From an uncultured Bacilli bacterium (GTDB lineage Bacteria > Bacillota_I > Bacilli_A > RF39 > UBA660), in the NCBI GenBank assembly GCA_944359015.1, contig CALVSK010000001.1:3139-67138 (forward strand): a DNA stretch of 64,000 bases, in the 5' to 3' direction. The notes beneath the pieces were generated by a model. That model worked only from the letters and a program-made list of their open reading frames with translations. It did no database searches and was not told where the DNA came from. The translations under genes were made by a program, and so were the position numbers. Position 1 is the first letter of the stretch; every line of letters begins with the position of its first letter. Below are positions 43,028 through 53,648 of the stretch, piece by piece.

Positions 43028-43399
43028 ATGTATAAAACATGCTCGGTATGTGGGAAAATACATGATTTTAATAAAGTATGTAAAAGGAAAACAAAACAGA
43101 AAGTAACATTAGAATCACGATTTAGAAAAAGCTATCAATGGCAAGAAAAAAGTAAAAGAATAAAGCAAAGAGATAATTATTTATGCCAGATATGTATTAA
43201 TAATAGATATAATACAACAAATATTTATAATTCTAATTATTTAGAGGTACATCATATCGTTCCTATAAATGAAAAATATGATCTAAAGTTAGATGAATTA
43301 AATCTTATAACTTTATGTAGGTATCACCACGAATTAGCTGAAAAGCGAATAATAAGTAGAGAAGAATTGATAAAAATAGTTGGGAATAAATACAGCTAA
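43028..43399 (+). CDS. HNH endonuclease
   Basis: CxxC (CSVCGK), CQIC, LEVHHIVP, LCRYHH motifs. Confidence 0.65.
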   Translation: MYKTCSVCGKIHDFNKVCKRKTKQKVTLESRFRKSYQWQEKSKRIKQRDNYLCQICINNRYNTTNIYNSNYLEVHHIVPINEKYDLKLDELNLITLCRYHHELAEKRIISREELIKIVGNKYS

Positions 43400-43439
43400 A
43401 TCAATTCTTTTTTTATAAAATAAAAAGCATTAGCTATAA

Positions 43440-43793
43440 CTAATACTCAATTCTTTTGAAATCTAAAGGATCTTCATTAATAATTTCTAAAGCATATTTT
43501 AATTTAAGTAGTTTAATGACTTTTTCCTTTGTTTTTTCATAATTATTACTAACTATGTTAAACATGTCAGCTGCAGAATTAAAATGTTGTAAGAATGATG
43601 CTTCCCGCATAGCATTTCTATTAAAAGAATTAGCAATATAAAAAGCAATAACTTCAGGCATAATATATTCTTCAACAAAAGTGTGATAGTTATCATAAAA
43701 AGGATTAATAACTTTTTTACATTCTTCATCGCTTATATCTTCATCAGCACATTTTCTGATCATACAATTCCTCCAATTCGTTGTATTAATCAC
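43440..43793 (-). CDS. hypothetical protein
   Basis: 117 aa ORF, RBS GGAGG upstream. Confidence 0.3.
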   Translation of the reverse strand: MINTTNWRNCMIRKCADEDISDEECKKVINPFYDNYHTFVEEYIMPEVIAFYIANSFNRNAMREASFLQHFNSAADMFNIVSNNYEKTKEKVIKLLKLKYALEIINEDPLDFKRIEY

Positions 43794-43924
43794 TTAAAAA
43801 GTAAAATTAGTCAACTATATTGATACAATTAGGTAATTTCTGGTACGAATTGGTCGTAAAATATCAATTTTTGTCAAAAAATATGCTATAATTTTAGTTA
43901 AGGAAATACTTTGGAGGTAGTAAG

Positions 43925-44137
43925 ATGAATAACAACATATTATGGGAAATTCAATCTATGACTATTGATCAACTAAAGAAAGAAATAGATAGTAATAGAT
44001 TTGTTGATAAAAAATTAAAAGATTTTGAAAATGGTAAAAAAACAATAGATGGATTTACTGATATTAGAAAAATGCATCAAGATGTACAATATGCTTTAAT
44101 AATGTATGCAATATATAAAATAAAAGGTGGTAATTAG
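43925..44137 (+). CDS. hypothetical small protein upstream of hsdM
   Basis: 70 aa ORF, RBS GGAGG. Confidence 0.25.
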   Translation: MNNNILWEIQSMTIDQLKKEIDSNRFVDKKLKDFENGKKTIDGFTDIRKMHQDVQYALIMYAIYKIKGGN

Positions 44138-44138
44138 T

Positions 44139-45635
44139 ATGAACGAAAATGATTTAAAAAAATTAGAAGATAAACTATGGGCAGCAGCAGATAAAATGAG
44201 AGGTGCCGTATCAGTAGCAGATTATAAATTTATTGTATTAGGCTTAATATTTTTAAAATATATTTCTGATTCTTTTGAAGAAAGATACAAAGAATTAGTT
44301 GGGGAAGGATATGGTCTAGAAGAAGAAAAGGATAGTTATATAGAAAAGAATATTTTCTATGTTCCTAAAAATGCAAGATGGGGATATCTAGAAGAACATT
44401 CTAAAGATGATAATATCGGTGAAATAATCGATGATGCTTTAACTTTAATAGAAAAAGATAATACATCATTAAAAAATGTATTACCTAAAGATTATAATAG
44501 TCCAACTATGAGAAATGTTAATCTTGGAGAATTAATAGATTTATTTACAAATATTAAAGTTGGAACTAAAGATGCTATTGAAAAGGATGTATTAGGAAGA
44601 ATTTATGAATATTTCTTAGGACAGTTTGCCAAAAATGAATTACAAAAAGGTGGAGAGTTTTATACTCCTGCTTGTTTAGTTAGAACTATGGTTGAGTGTA
44701 TTGAGCCATATCAAGGTAGAGTATACGATCCTACTTGTGGTTCTGGTGGTATGTTTATTCAATCATTAAAATTTGTTCAAGAACATCAAGGAAACATTAA
44801 TAACATTAGTATATATGGCCAAGAAAAAAACCCTACTACTTGGAGATTAGCAAAAATGAATTTAGCTATTCGTTCATTAAATGGAGATTTAGGAAAATAT
44901 GCAGCCGATACTTTTACTGAAGATCTACATAAAGATTTAAAAGCAGATTTTGTTCTTGCTAATCCACCATTTAATTTAGAATGGGATCAAGATAAAGTTG
45001 CAAAAGATCCAAGATGGAGATATGGCCTTGCTCCAAAGAATAATGCTAACTATGCATGGCTACAACATATGATATCTAAATTATCACAAAATGGTAAAAT
45101 GGCATGTATTCTAGCAAACGGATCTTTATCTGCTGGAGGACAAGAAGGTGAAATAAGAAAGAAACTAATTGAAAATGATTTAGTCGATTGCATTATTTCA
45201 ATGCCTACAAATTTATTCTATACTGTAACAGTTCCATGTTCAATATGGATTATTAATAGAAATAAAAAGCAAAAAGGTAAAACATTATTTATAAATGCTA
45301 ATAATCTAGGAACAATGGTTACAAGAAGATTAAGAGAATTATCAGAACAAGATATTAGAAAAATTGCTTTAACTTATCATAATTGTCAAGACGATAACAA
45401 TTATGAAAATATTAAAGGGTTTTGTTATTCAGCAACAATTGATGAAGTTAATGCAAATGATTGTGTATTAACTCCTGGAAGATATGTAGGTGTTGAAGAT
45501 GCCGAAGATGATGATATACCATTTGAAGAAAAAATGAAAAATATCACATCTAATTTATCTAAACAATTCGAAGAATCTCGTAGATTGGAAGAAGAAATTA
45601 AAAATAATTTAAAAGCAATTGGATATGAAATATAA
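44139..45635 (+). CDS. hsdM: type I restriction-modification system DNA methyltransferase subunit M
   Basis: N6-adenine MTase motifs: GEFYTP, DPTCGSGGM, LANPPFN. Confidence 0.9.
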   Translation: MNENDLKKLEDKLWAAADKMRGAVSVADYKFIVLGLIFLKYISDSFEERYKELVGEGYGLEEEKDSYIEKNIFYVPKNARWGYLEEHSKDDNIGEIIDDALTLIEKDNTSLKNVLPKDYNSPTMRNVNLGELIDLFTNIKVGTKDAIEKDVLGRIYEYFLGQFAKNELQKGGEFYTPACLVRTMVECIEPYQGRVYDPTCGSGGMFIQSLKFVQEHQGNINNISIYGQEKNPTTWRLAKMNLAIRSLNGDLGKYAADTFTEDLHKDLKADFVLANPPFNLEWDQDKVAKDPRWRYGLAPKNNANYAWLQHMISKLSQNGKMACILANGSLSAGGQEGEIRKKLIENDLVDCIISMPTNLFYTVTVPCSIWIINRNKKQKGKTLFINANNLGTMVTRRLRELSEQDIRKIALTYHNCQDDNNYENIKGFCYSATIDEVNANDCVLTPGRYVGVEDAEDDDIPFEEKMKNITSNLSKQFEESRRLEEEIKNNLKAIGYEI

Positions 45636-45666
45636 TTACATAAATTGTAGATTGTATAAATGAGAG

Positions 45667-46875
45667 GTGAAATTGATGAAAGAAAAATACTTAATAAATG
45701 ATATTTGTGATGTGGGTTCGAGTAAAAGAATTTATTTATCTGAATATCAAGATACGGGAATTCCTTTCTATAGAGGAAAAGAAATTATTGAAAAAAATTC
45801 TAATAAAGATATTTCGAATGAACTTTTTATCTCTCAGGAAAGATACAATGAAATAAAAGAAAAATTTGGAGTACCAAAAGTCGGAGATATCTTAATGACG
45901 GCAGTAGGAACAATTGGAGTAAGTTGGTATGTTGATGAATCAAATTTTTATTTTAAAGATGGGAACTTAATTTGGTTTAAAAACTTTAAAGAAAATATTG
46001 TTAATAGCAGATATTTGTATTATATTTTTAAATCAAAAGTATTTAATGAAGAAATAAAAAATATATCAATTGGTTCAACTCAGAAAGCAATTACAATAGA
46101 GCAAGTCAAAAAAATTAAATTAAATCTGCCTAAAATTAGTATTCAAAATAGAATAGTAAAAATATTAGATCATATAGATAATAAAATAAAATTAAATAAT
46201 GAAATAAATAATAATTTGGAAGAGCAACTTAGATTATTCTTTGAAGAAGATATATTAAAAAAATTAAATAATGAAAATACATATGAATGCAGCTTATATG
46301 ATCAATTTGATGTAATAGATAATAGAGGAAAAACCCCTCCGTTAGTTGAATATAGTAAATATCCTATAATAGATGTGAAAGTACTTTCAGGAGCAGAAAG
46401 AGTGATTAATTACAATAACTGTTTAAAATATGTATCTAAAGAAACATATGACACTTTTTTTAGAAGTGGTCATCCAAAGCTATATGATACATTATTATCT
46501 ACTGTTGGTAGTCTTGCTGAACTTAAGATATATTTAGAAAATATTGGAACTATAGCACAAAATGTAGTTGCATTACGACCTAAGAATGATTATCCATTAT
46601 TTATGTATCAATATATTTTATCTTTAAAGCAAAGATTAACATCTTATGATATTGGAAGCGTTCAACCTAGTATAAAGGTCACTCAATTTATGAAAGAAAT
46701 AATTAAGATTCCAAAAGATAAGGATTTAATTTATAAATTTGAAAACTTAGCAAACGCGAATACTTTCAAAATGAAAAATTTAATGATGGAAAACAGATAT
46801 TTAGAACAATTAAGAGATACATTATTACCAAAGTTAATGAATGGAGAAATAAATTTAGATAATATAGAATTTTAA
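45667..46875 (+). CDS. hsdS: type I restriction-modification system specificity subunit S
   Basis: 402 aa, two target-recognition domains with conserved central/C-terminal coiled-coil repeats. Confidence 0.8.
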   Translation: MKLMKEKYLINDICDVGSSKRIYLSEYQDTGIPFYRGKEIIEKNSNKDISNELFISQERYNEIKEKFGVPKVGDILMTAVGTIGVSWYVDESNFYFKDGNLIWFKNFKENIVNSRYLYYIFKSKVFNEEIKNISIGSTQKAITIEQVKKIKLNLPKISIQNRIVKILDHIDNKIKLNNEINNNLEEQLRLFFEEDILKKLNNENTYECSLYDQFDVIDNRGKTPPLVEYSKYPIIDVKVLSGAERVINYNNCLKYVSKETYDTFFRSGHPKLYDTLLSTVGSLAELKIYLENIGTIAQNVVALRPKNDYPLFMYQYILSLKQRLTSYDIGSVQPSIKVTQFMKEIIKIPKDKDLIYKFENLANANTFKMKNLMMENRYLEQLRDTLLPKLMNGEINLDNIEF

Positions 46876-46939
46876 TCATACAAATTGTGATTTATTATAT
46901 AGTATTAGTGAATTTTTAGAAAGTAGTAAGGAGAAGCAC

Positions 46940-47824
46940 ATGAACAACGAATGGAAAACAAAACCAATTGAATTAGAAACAATTCCAGACAATATTGATT
47001 ATATTTTTGTTGTTGATGAAAATGGTTCTTTTGGAAATTTTAAATCTTTAGTTGATAAATATAGAAATGGATATAGGTTGCAAGAAGTTGAAAAATACTT
47101 TACTTTAACCGGAATATTAATTTCATATGAAGAATACATAAATTGGAAAAATAGGATAAATGAAATAAAAAATAAATATTGGGAAAATGGATGCTGGTTT
47201 AATAAAAAGAAGAATAGGTCAGAGAAAATACATTTTCATTCTTCAGATACATTTTCAAGGAATCCTAAAGATCCATTTAATATTGGAAAAGAATCATTTG
47301 ACAGTTTGATATTAGATATTACTAATGCAATAGAGTCAACTAATTTCAAGATAATTTCATCCAATATAAACATTCAATCATTAATGGAAAAATATAGAAC
47401 ACCATTTGATCCTTATACAATTAGCATAGAATTTATTTTAGAAAGGTTAGTTTTGAAATTAACTAAGTTGGATTCTAATACGGTTGTTATATTTGAATCT
47501 AGAAAATGTAAAGACAATATAAAAGGAGATAATAAGGTTCATAGAAAAGCAATAGAATTTTATAGTACTGGTAAGGCTATGTATGGCAATATGGACAGTT
47601 TAATGTTAAATAGAATAAAAGGTATTTATTTTAATCCAAAATTAAATAGTAATAATTGTCTTGAATCGTATGAACTTATAGAGTTGGTTGATTTAGTTAC
47701 ATATCCAATATATAAATCTTTTAAAAGCAATTTTGAAAAAGAAAGAAAAGATTATAAAGTAATTGAGTCAAAATTTGATGATTTCCCCAACTATAAAGGA
47801 CACGGATTAAAGATTTTCCCATAA
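46940..47824 (+). CDS. DUF3800-family protein (predicted RNase H-like fold) embedded in type I R-M operon
   Basis: N-terminal IDYIFVVDENGSFGNF matches the DUF3800 DE(S/N)G start pattern; ~290 aa typical size. Confidence 0.45.
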   Translation: MNNEWKTKPIELETIPDNIDYIFVVDENGSFGNFKSLVDKYRNGYRLQEVEKYFTLTGILISYEEYINWKNRINEIKNKYWENGCWFNKKKNRSEKIHFHSSDTFSRNPKDPFNIGKESFDSLILDITNAIESTNFKIISSNINIQSLMEKYRTPFDPYTISIEFILERLVLKLTKLDSNTVVIFESRKCKDNIKGDNKVHRKAIEFYSTGKAMYGNMDSLMLNRIKGIYFNPKLNSNNCLESYELIELVDLVTYPIYKSFKSNFEKERKDYKVIESKFDDFPNYKGHGLKIFP

Positions 47825-47954
47825 AAAAATAGCCGGGATTGCATTGCTACAATCCGAGCTATCAGACCGGTACCCTACCGATCTAAGGTTTCCCTCTGAA
47901 TATATTATATGATAAAAAATCAAAAAAATCAAATTTTAAGGAAGTGATTTAAAA

Positions 47955-50900
47955 ATGTTTACAGAAGAACAATTAGAAGATATGACTATGTCATTATTTA
48001 AAAATTTAGGTTATGAATGTAAAAATGGTTATGAAATAGAAAGAGATTATCATAGTGTTTTTTATGATGATACTTTATTTGATGACATAGCAAATATCAA
48101 TAAAGATTTTACTGATGAGCAAATAAATGAAGCAATAAAGACTATTAAAAATTTAACTTATAATAATGTCGTTGAAGATAATAAAGAATTTACAAGATAT
48201 TTATTGCAAGGTGTACCAGTAGAAGTTAAAACAAATAATGGGTATCAATATAAAAATGTTAGATTAATAGATTTCGATAACATAAGTAATAATCACTTCC
48301 AAGCTATCAATCAATTTACTATTATCGAATTTGAACAAAAAAGGCCAGATATAATTGTATTTATAAATAGTATTCCAATAGTTGTTATTGAGCTTAAAAC
48401 TGCAACTAATGAGGATGTTAAATTAGAAGATGCTTATAACCAATTATGGAGATATAGAGAAATGTCTATACCAACATTATTTAGATATAATCAATTCTTA
48501 GTTATTAGTGATGGTGTTACTGCTAAAGCTGGAACTATTACAAGTCCATATTCTAGATTTAGTGATTGGAAAAAAGTTGAATATACTGATGAAGTAAAAG
48601 AAAATATGGATACTCATATTACTTTATTTAATGGAATGTTTAGAAAAGATAGACTGTTAGATATAATTGGTAATTTTATTTTATATAGTAATGATTCTAA
48701 AATACTAGCTCAGTACCATCAATATTTTGGTGTAAGAAAAGCTATGGTATCAACTGTCACAACAGGAGCTAAGACAGGTAAAGCTGGAATTATTTGGCAT
48801 ACTCAAGGATCTGGAAAATCATTTAGTATGGTATTTTATGCAGGTAATATGATTAAATGGTTACTGAATCCTACAATAGTTGTTGTAACTGATAGAAATG
48901 ATTTAGATAATCAATTATATGAAACGTTTTATAAATGTTCTGAATTTTTAAAACAAAAGCCAGTTCAAGCAGATACAAGAAGTGATTTAAAAGAATTATT
49001 AACTGATCGAGTTGCTGGTGGAATCTTCTTTACAACACTACAGAAATTTGAAGAAGAATCGGGATTATTTTCTGATAGAGATGATATCTTAGTTTTAGTA
49101 GATGAAGCACATAGAAGTCATTATGGATTAGAAGCAACAATGAAATTAAATCTTGAAACTATGGAAGCTTATAAAAAGTATGGAACTGCTAAATTTTTAC
49201 ATGATGCACTTCCTAATGCAATTTATATTGGCTTTACTGGAACCCCAGTTGAAACTAAAGATAAATCTACTTCAGCTATATTTGGTGAAGTAATAGATAC
49301 TTATGATATGACTCAAGCAATATTGGATGGATCAACTGTACCAATATCTTATGAATCAAGAATGGCAAGAGTTGGGTTAAATCAAAAAATACTTGATGAA
49401 ATAGATAGATATTATGCTTTTGTTGAAGAATCAGGTGCTGCTGATGAAATCGCAATTAACAAGTCAAAGCAAATGATGGCAAAAATTTCACAAGTAATTG
49501 AGGATCCAGATAGACTTGAACTTATTGTCAAAGATATTATAGATCATTATGAAGAAAGAAAAGATATGACTGCTAATCATGCTATGGTAGTAGCATATTC
49601 TAGAAAAAGTGCATATATAATGTATCAAAAATTCTTAGAGTTAAGACCAGATTATAAAGATGTAGTTAATGTGGTTATTACACCAAGTAATAAAGATCCT
49701 GAAGAAATGCAAAAGGTTATAGGAACTAAAGGTGATAAAAAAGAACTTGAAAGAAGATTTAAAAGTGAAGATCCAAAAGAGAAATTTAAAATTGCTATAG
49801 TTGTTGATATGTGGCTTACAGGATTTGATGTTCCTGGACTTGGAGTTATGTATTTTGATAAGCCAATGAAAGCTCATAATTTAATGCAAGCTATTGCTCG
49901 TGTTAATAGAGTATATAAAGATAAAAAAGGTGGATTAATGGTAGATTACATCGGATTAAAAGGATGGCTATTAGATGCCTTAAAAACATATACAACAAGA
50001 GATCAAAATAAAATTAAAGATACTGAAGAATTAGTAAATGTCTTATTAGATAAATTAGAAGTAATTGATAATATGTTTAATGGGTTTGACTATTCTAATT
50101 TTAAAGAATTAGATAATACAGGCAAATATAATTTAATTAGAGAAGGCTCTAACTTAATGCTTGCTACTGAAGATTTAAAAAGAAGATTCATGAAACATAG
50201 TGCAGATGTTAAGAATCTATATACTTTATGTAATGGAGTAGTTAATAGTAAAGTAAAAGATAAATGTTTATTCATTATATCTGTTAAATCATTTATATCA
50301 AAAATAACTAATACAGGGAAATTAGATGTATCTGAGATTAATAGAACAGTAGGTAGAATGCTAGAAGAATCTATTACAGAAGATGAATTATTAAATCTAG
50401 GAGAATTAACGAGAGGAAATAGCTTAGAATTATTAAGCGATGCTATGCTTGGTAAATTAAGAGCAATGAAAGATAAAAATGTTGCTGCTGAAGTATTAGC
50501 AAGAGCAATAAAAACTACTATTGGTGATATTGGCAAAATAAATCTAACATTGCAAGAAAAATTTTCAACTAAGTTTAATAAAATTGTTGATATGTATAAT
50601 GAAAGAACTGATATAGCAGATATTGAAAAAATCATTGAAGAAATGATAGCACTTAAAAAAGAAATTGAAGTTGAAATAGCTAATGGTAATGAGTATGATT
50701 TATCTGCTGAAGAAAAAGCATTCTTTGATGCTTTAGGTGCAGATCCTGAAATAAAAGAATTAATGAAAGATGAAATATTAGTTCAAATAGCAAAAGAATT
50801 AGTAGAACTAATCAATGAAAATTTGACTTTAGATGCATTTAAAAGAGAAGATGCTAGAGCTAGAATTAGAAGTAATATAAGAAGATTACTTATTAAATAC

Positions 50901-50978
50901 AATTATCCACCAGTAAAACGTGAAGGAGCAGTGGATAAAGTAATTAAACAAGCAGAATTAAAATATGCAAATAATTAG
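47955..50978 (+). CDS. hsdR: type I restriction enzyme R subunit (endonuclease/helicase)
   Basis: 1007 aa; helicase motifs HTQGSGKS, LVDEAHRSH, QAIARVNR; N-terminal PD-(D/E)xK region. Confidence 0.9.
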   Translation: MFTEEQLEDMTMSLFKNLGYECKNGYEIERDYHSVFYDDTLFDDIANINKDFTDEQINEAIKTIKNLTYNNVVEDNKEFTRYLLQGVPVEVKTNNGYQYKNVRLIDFDNISNNHFQAINQFTIIEFEQKRPDIIVFINSIPIVVIELKTATNEDVKLEDAYNQLWRYREMSIPTLFRYNQFLVISDGVTAKAGTITSPYSRFSDWKKVEYTDEVKENMDTHITLFNGMFRKDRLLDIIGNFILYSNDSKILAQYHQYFGVRKAMVSTVTTGAKTGKAGIIWHTQGSGKSFSMVFYAGNMIKWLLNPTIVVVTDRNDLDNQLYETFYKCSEFLKQKPVQADTRSDLKELLTDRVAGGIFFTTLQKFEEESGLFSDRDDILVLVDEAHRSHYGLEATMKLNLETMEAYKKYGTAKFLHDALPNAIYIGFTGTPVETKDKSTSAIFGEVIDTYDMTQAILDGSTVPISYESRMARVGLNQKILDEIDRYYAFVEESGAADEIAINKSKQMMAKISQVIEDPDRLELIVKDIIDHYEERKDMTANHAMVVAYSRKSAYIMYQKFLELRPDYKDVVNVVITPSNKDPEEMQKVIGTKGDKKELERRFKSEDPKEKFKIAIVVDMWLTGFDVPGLGVMYFDKPMKAHNLMQAIARVNRVYKDKKGGLMVDYIGLKGWLLDALKTYTTRDQNKIKDTEELVNVLLDKLEVIDNMFNGFDYSNFKELDNTGKYNLIREGSNLMLATEDLKRRFMKHSADVKNLYTLCNGVVNSKVKDKCLFIISVKSFISKITNTGKLDVSEINRTVGRMLEESITEDELLNLGELTRGNSLELLSDAMLGKLRAMKDKNVAAEVLARAIKTTIGDIGKINLTLQEKFSTKFNKIVDMYNERTDIADIEKIIEEMIALKKEIEVEIANGNEYDLSAEEKAFFDALGADPEIKELMKDEILVQIAKELVELINENLTLDAFKREDARARIRSNIRRLLIKYNYPPVKREGAVDKVIKQAELKYANN

Positions 50979-51006
50979 TTAACTAAAAAAAAAGAGGTGT
51001 TGATTC

Positions 51007-51696
51007 ATGATTTATATTACTGGTGATAAACATGGAGATTATAGTGATGTTTTTGAATTTTGTAATAAATATAAAACATCTACTAATGATATTATGATTA
51101 TCTTAGGCGACGCTGGTATAAACTATTATTTAGATGACAGAGATTATATTTTAAAAAATAGTTTGCTACAAATACCTATTACATTATTTTGTATACATGG
51201 AAATCATGAAGAAAGACCTGAAAACATAGCTAGTTATAAAACTAAAACTTTTCATAACGGAATAGTTTATTATGAAGAAGATTATCCAAATATATTATTC
51301 GCTAAAGATGGAGAAGTATATGATTTTGATGATAAAAAAACTTTAATAATAGGCGGTGCATATTCAGTAGATAAAGATTATAGACTTGCTATGGGATATA
51401 ACTGGTATTTATCTGAACAACCAAATGAAAAAATAAAAAATGAGGTTAAAAAAGTATTAAAAGAATATAATAATAAAGTAGATATAATACTAACGCATAC
51501 TTGTCCATTCAAATATATGCCATATGAGGTATTTATGAGTGGAATAGATCAAAGTAAAGTTGATAATAGTACAGAATTATTTCTTGATGAAATTGAGGAT
51601 ACTACAGATTATAAAAAGTGGTATTGTGGACATTATCATACTGATAAGATAGTTGATAAAGTAAGATTTATGATGAATGATATAGATGAATTTTAA
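51007..51696 (+). CDS. calcineurin-like metallophosphoesterase
   Basis: GDKHGD, ILGDAGINY, IHGNHEE motifs. Confidence 0.6.
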   Translation: MIYITGDKHGDYSDVFEFCNKYKTSTNDIMIILGDAGINYYLDDRDYILKNSLLQIPITLFCIHGNHEERPENIASYKTKTFHNGIVYYEEDYPNILFAKDGEVYDFDDKKTLIIGGAYSVDKDYRLAMGYNWYLSEQPNEKIKNEVKKVLKEYNNKVDIILTHTCPFKYMPYEVFMSGIDQSKVDNSTELFLDEIEDTTDYKKWYCGHYHTDKIVDKVRFMMNDIDEF

Positions 51697-51848
51697 TAAA
51701 TTTTATCCAAAATGTAAAATGAAAATCAGCCAAATTGTAAAATAGAAGTAACTTTTTTTGGAAAACAACATTTCCTCAAAATGTAAAATAAAAGTTGCTT
51801 TTTTTGTAAAATGATGTTACAATTAATACATAAAAAAGGAGGGATACT

Positions 51849-53108
51849 ATGGATTATTTACCAAGAGTCGTAGATAAAGAAATAGATGAACTTATGGAAA
51901 TAATGGGAGCAGTACTTATAGAAGGGTGTAAGTGGTGTGGTAAATCTACAACAGGCATGCATCATGCAAAAAGTATTATAGAATTCCAAAATCCAGATAA
52001 AAAACAAGAATATGATAGAATAAGAAATACTCAGCCATCATTGTTTCTAAAAGGCGAAAAGCCTAGAATGTTTGATGAATGGCAAATGTATCCTGTTGTG
52101 TGGGATTCAATTAGAACAGATGTTGATCACAGCAGGGAGAAAGGTCAATATATTCTTACTGGCTCTGCAAAACCAAGTGAAGGTGAAACAATGCATACAG
52201 GAACTGGTAGAATATCAAGAGTATTGATGCGTCCTATGAGTTTATATGAATCATGTGAATCTACTGGTGAAGTATCACTTGCTGATATATTTGAAGGTAA
52301 AGATATTTCTGGAGTTTCAAAACTATCATTAGAAGATTTAGCAAGTATCATTGTTAGAGGAGGATGGCCAGCATCAATTGAAGTCAAAGGTGATGCAAAA
52401 TATAGATTTTCAAAAGAATATGTTAAATCATTAGTACATGAAGAAGTAAAAAAAGTAGATGGTGTAGAAAGAAATCCTGAAAAAATGCAAAATGTGCTTA
52501 GGAGTCTTGCAAGGAATATTTCAACACAAGTATCTAATGCTACATTAGAGGGTGATGTTAAAAATAGTTTTGATGATGATATTTCTAGACCAACTCTAAC
52601 AGATTATTTAAATACATTAGAAAAGTTATTTGTAATTGAAGATGTTAATGCTACTAATTTAAATTTTAGAAGTAAATATGCACTTAGAATAAAACCAAAA
52701 AAGTATTTTGTAGATCCATCTATTGCAACAGCAATTCTTGAAATGAAACCAAATGATTTGATTAAGGATTTAAATACATTTGGATTTATGTTTGAGTCAT
52801 TATGTATGAGAGATCTAAAAGTATATATGGGAAGTTTTGATGGAGATATAACTTTCTATCGTGATGAAAACGAAAATGAAGTAGATGCAATAATTAGAAC
52901 AAGTAGTGGAAAATGGGGAGCTGTTGAAATAAAACTTGGAGCTGGATATATTGATGAAGCTGCAAATAATTTACTAAAATTTAAAGAACGTGTTGATGTA
53001 GAAAAATGTGGAGAGCCATCATTCTTAATGGTATTAACAGGAGCAGATTATTCATATAAACGCGAAGATGGAGTATATGTAGTTTCTATTGGAACACTAA
53101 AAGATTAA
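51849..53108 (+). CDS. AAA-family ATPase with C-terminal DUF4143-like domain
   Basis: Walker A GCKWCGKST; overall layout of AAA_14/DUF4143 ATPases. Confidence 0.55.
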   Translation: MDYLPRVVDKEIDELMEIMGAVLIEGCKWCGKSTTGMHHAKSIIEFQNPDKKQEYDRIRNTQPSLFLKGEKPRMFDEWQMYPVVWDSIRTDVDHSREKGQYILTGSAKPSEGETMHTGTGRISRVLMRPMSLYESCESTGEVSLADIFEGKDISGVSKLSLEDLASIIVRGGWPASIEVKGDAKYRFSKEYVKSLVHEEVKKVDGVERNPEKMQNVLRSLARNISTQVSNATLEGDVKNSFDDDISRPTLTDYLNTLEKLFVIEDVNATNLNFRSKYALRIKPKKYFVDPSIATAILEMKPNDLIKDLNTFGFMFESLCMRDLKVYMGSFDGDITFYRDENENEVDAIIRTSSGKWGAVEIKLGAGYIDEAANNLLKFKERVDVEKCGEPSFLMVLTGADYSYKREDGVYVVSIGTLKD

Positions 53109-53155
53109 GGATCTATTAAAAGTAGATTCTTATTTTTTATAAAAGAAAAATCTTG

Positions 53156-53205
53156 GGAACAAATTGGCGTTTTAAGAAATTCCCCGAGAACAAATTGGGA
53201 ACAAT
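53156..53205 (+). repeat. three GGGAACAA-type repeats (GGGAACAAATT, GAGAACAAATT, GGGAACAATGG)
   Basis: Same repeat family as 36903-36921. Confidence 0.4.
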
Positions 53206-53308
53206 GGCATAGGTCATGATAGGTAAAATAGGGGTATTTACGAGAAATTTAGCACACATAAAATCAATAATAATGAAAAATATGATAGAAAATTAACACC
53301 TTTCAAAT

Positions 53309-53346
53309 CCCCCTGAAGAGAGCGAAAGCTCTCGTTTTTGTTTTAT
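53309..53346 (+). terminator. CCCCCUGAA + hairpin GAGAGC-gaaa-GCTCTC + U-tract module (paralogue of 36811-36851)
   Basis: Same flanking CCCCCTGAA and T-tract as the module after recG, with a different but fully complementary stem. Confidence 0.4.
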
Positions 53347-53648
53347 TTAAGGAGTTGTTAATATATAATAAACTTCTAGGCGACATTTAGGCGAAAATAA
53401 ATATATGATATAATTAAAATAACTCAGATTTCATTAAAATATGATATCCCTGACTTTGACAGTTTATAAATGAAAAACACTGTTTTTATCTATTTTATAA
53501 GGGTTTTAAAGAAATAAAAAAGTGCGTAATTTTTATTTTGAAAAAAAGTATAAAATAGCTTAAATATTTTTAAATTATATTACTATAAATAAAATAAAAG
53601 ATTATGTAAAAATGTTGAAAATTAATAGCCAAAATAATTAATATAAAG

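Noticed and set aside
50090-50635. 181-aa minus-strand ORF inside hsdR
   Set aside because: Antisense shadow ORF within a conserved helicase/endonuclease gene.
53350-53648. AT-rich 300-bp non-coding stretch with TAGGCGA x2 direct repeat before dcm
   Set aside because: Short repeat in low-complexity AT-rich DNA. No ORF or convincing RNA structure. Noted only as a possible promoter region for dcm or the element boundary.
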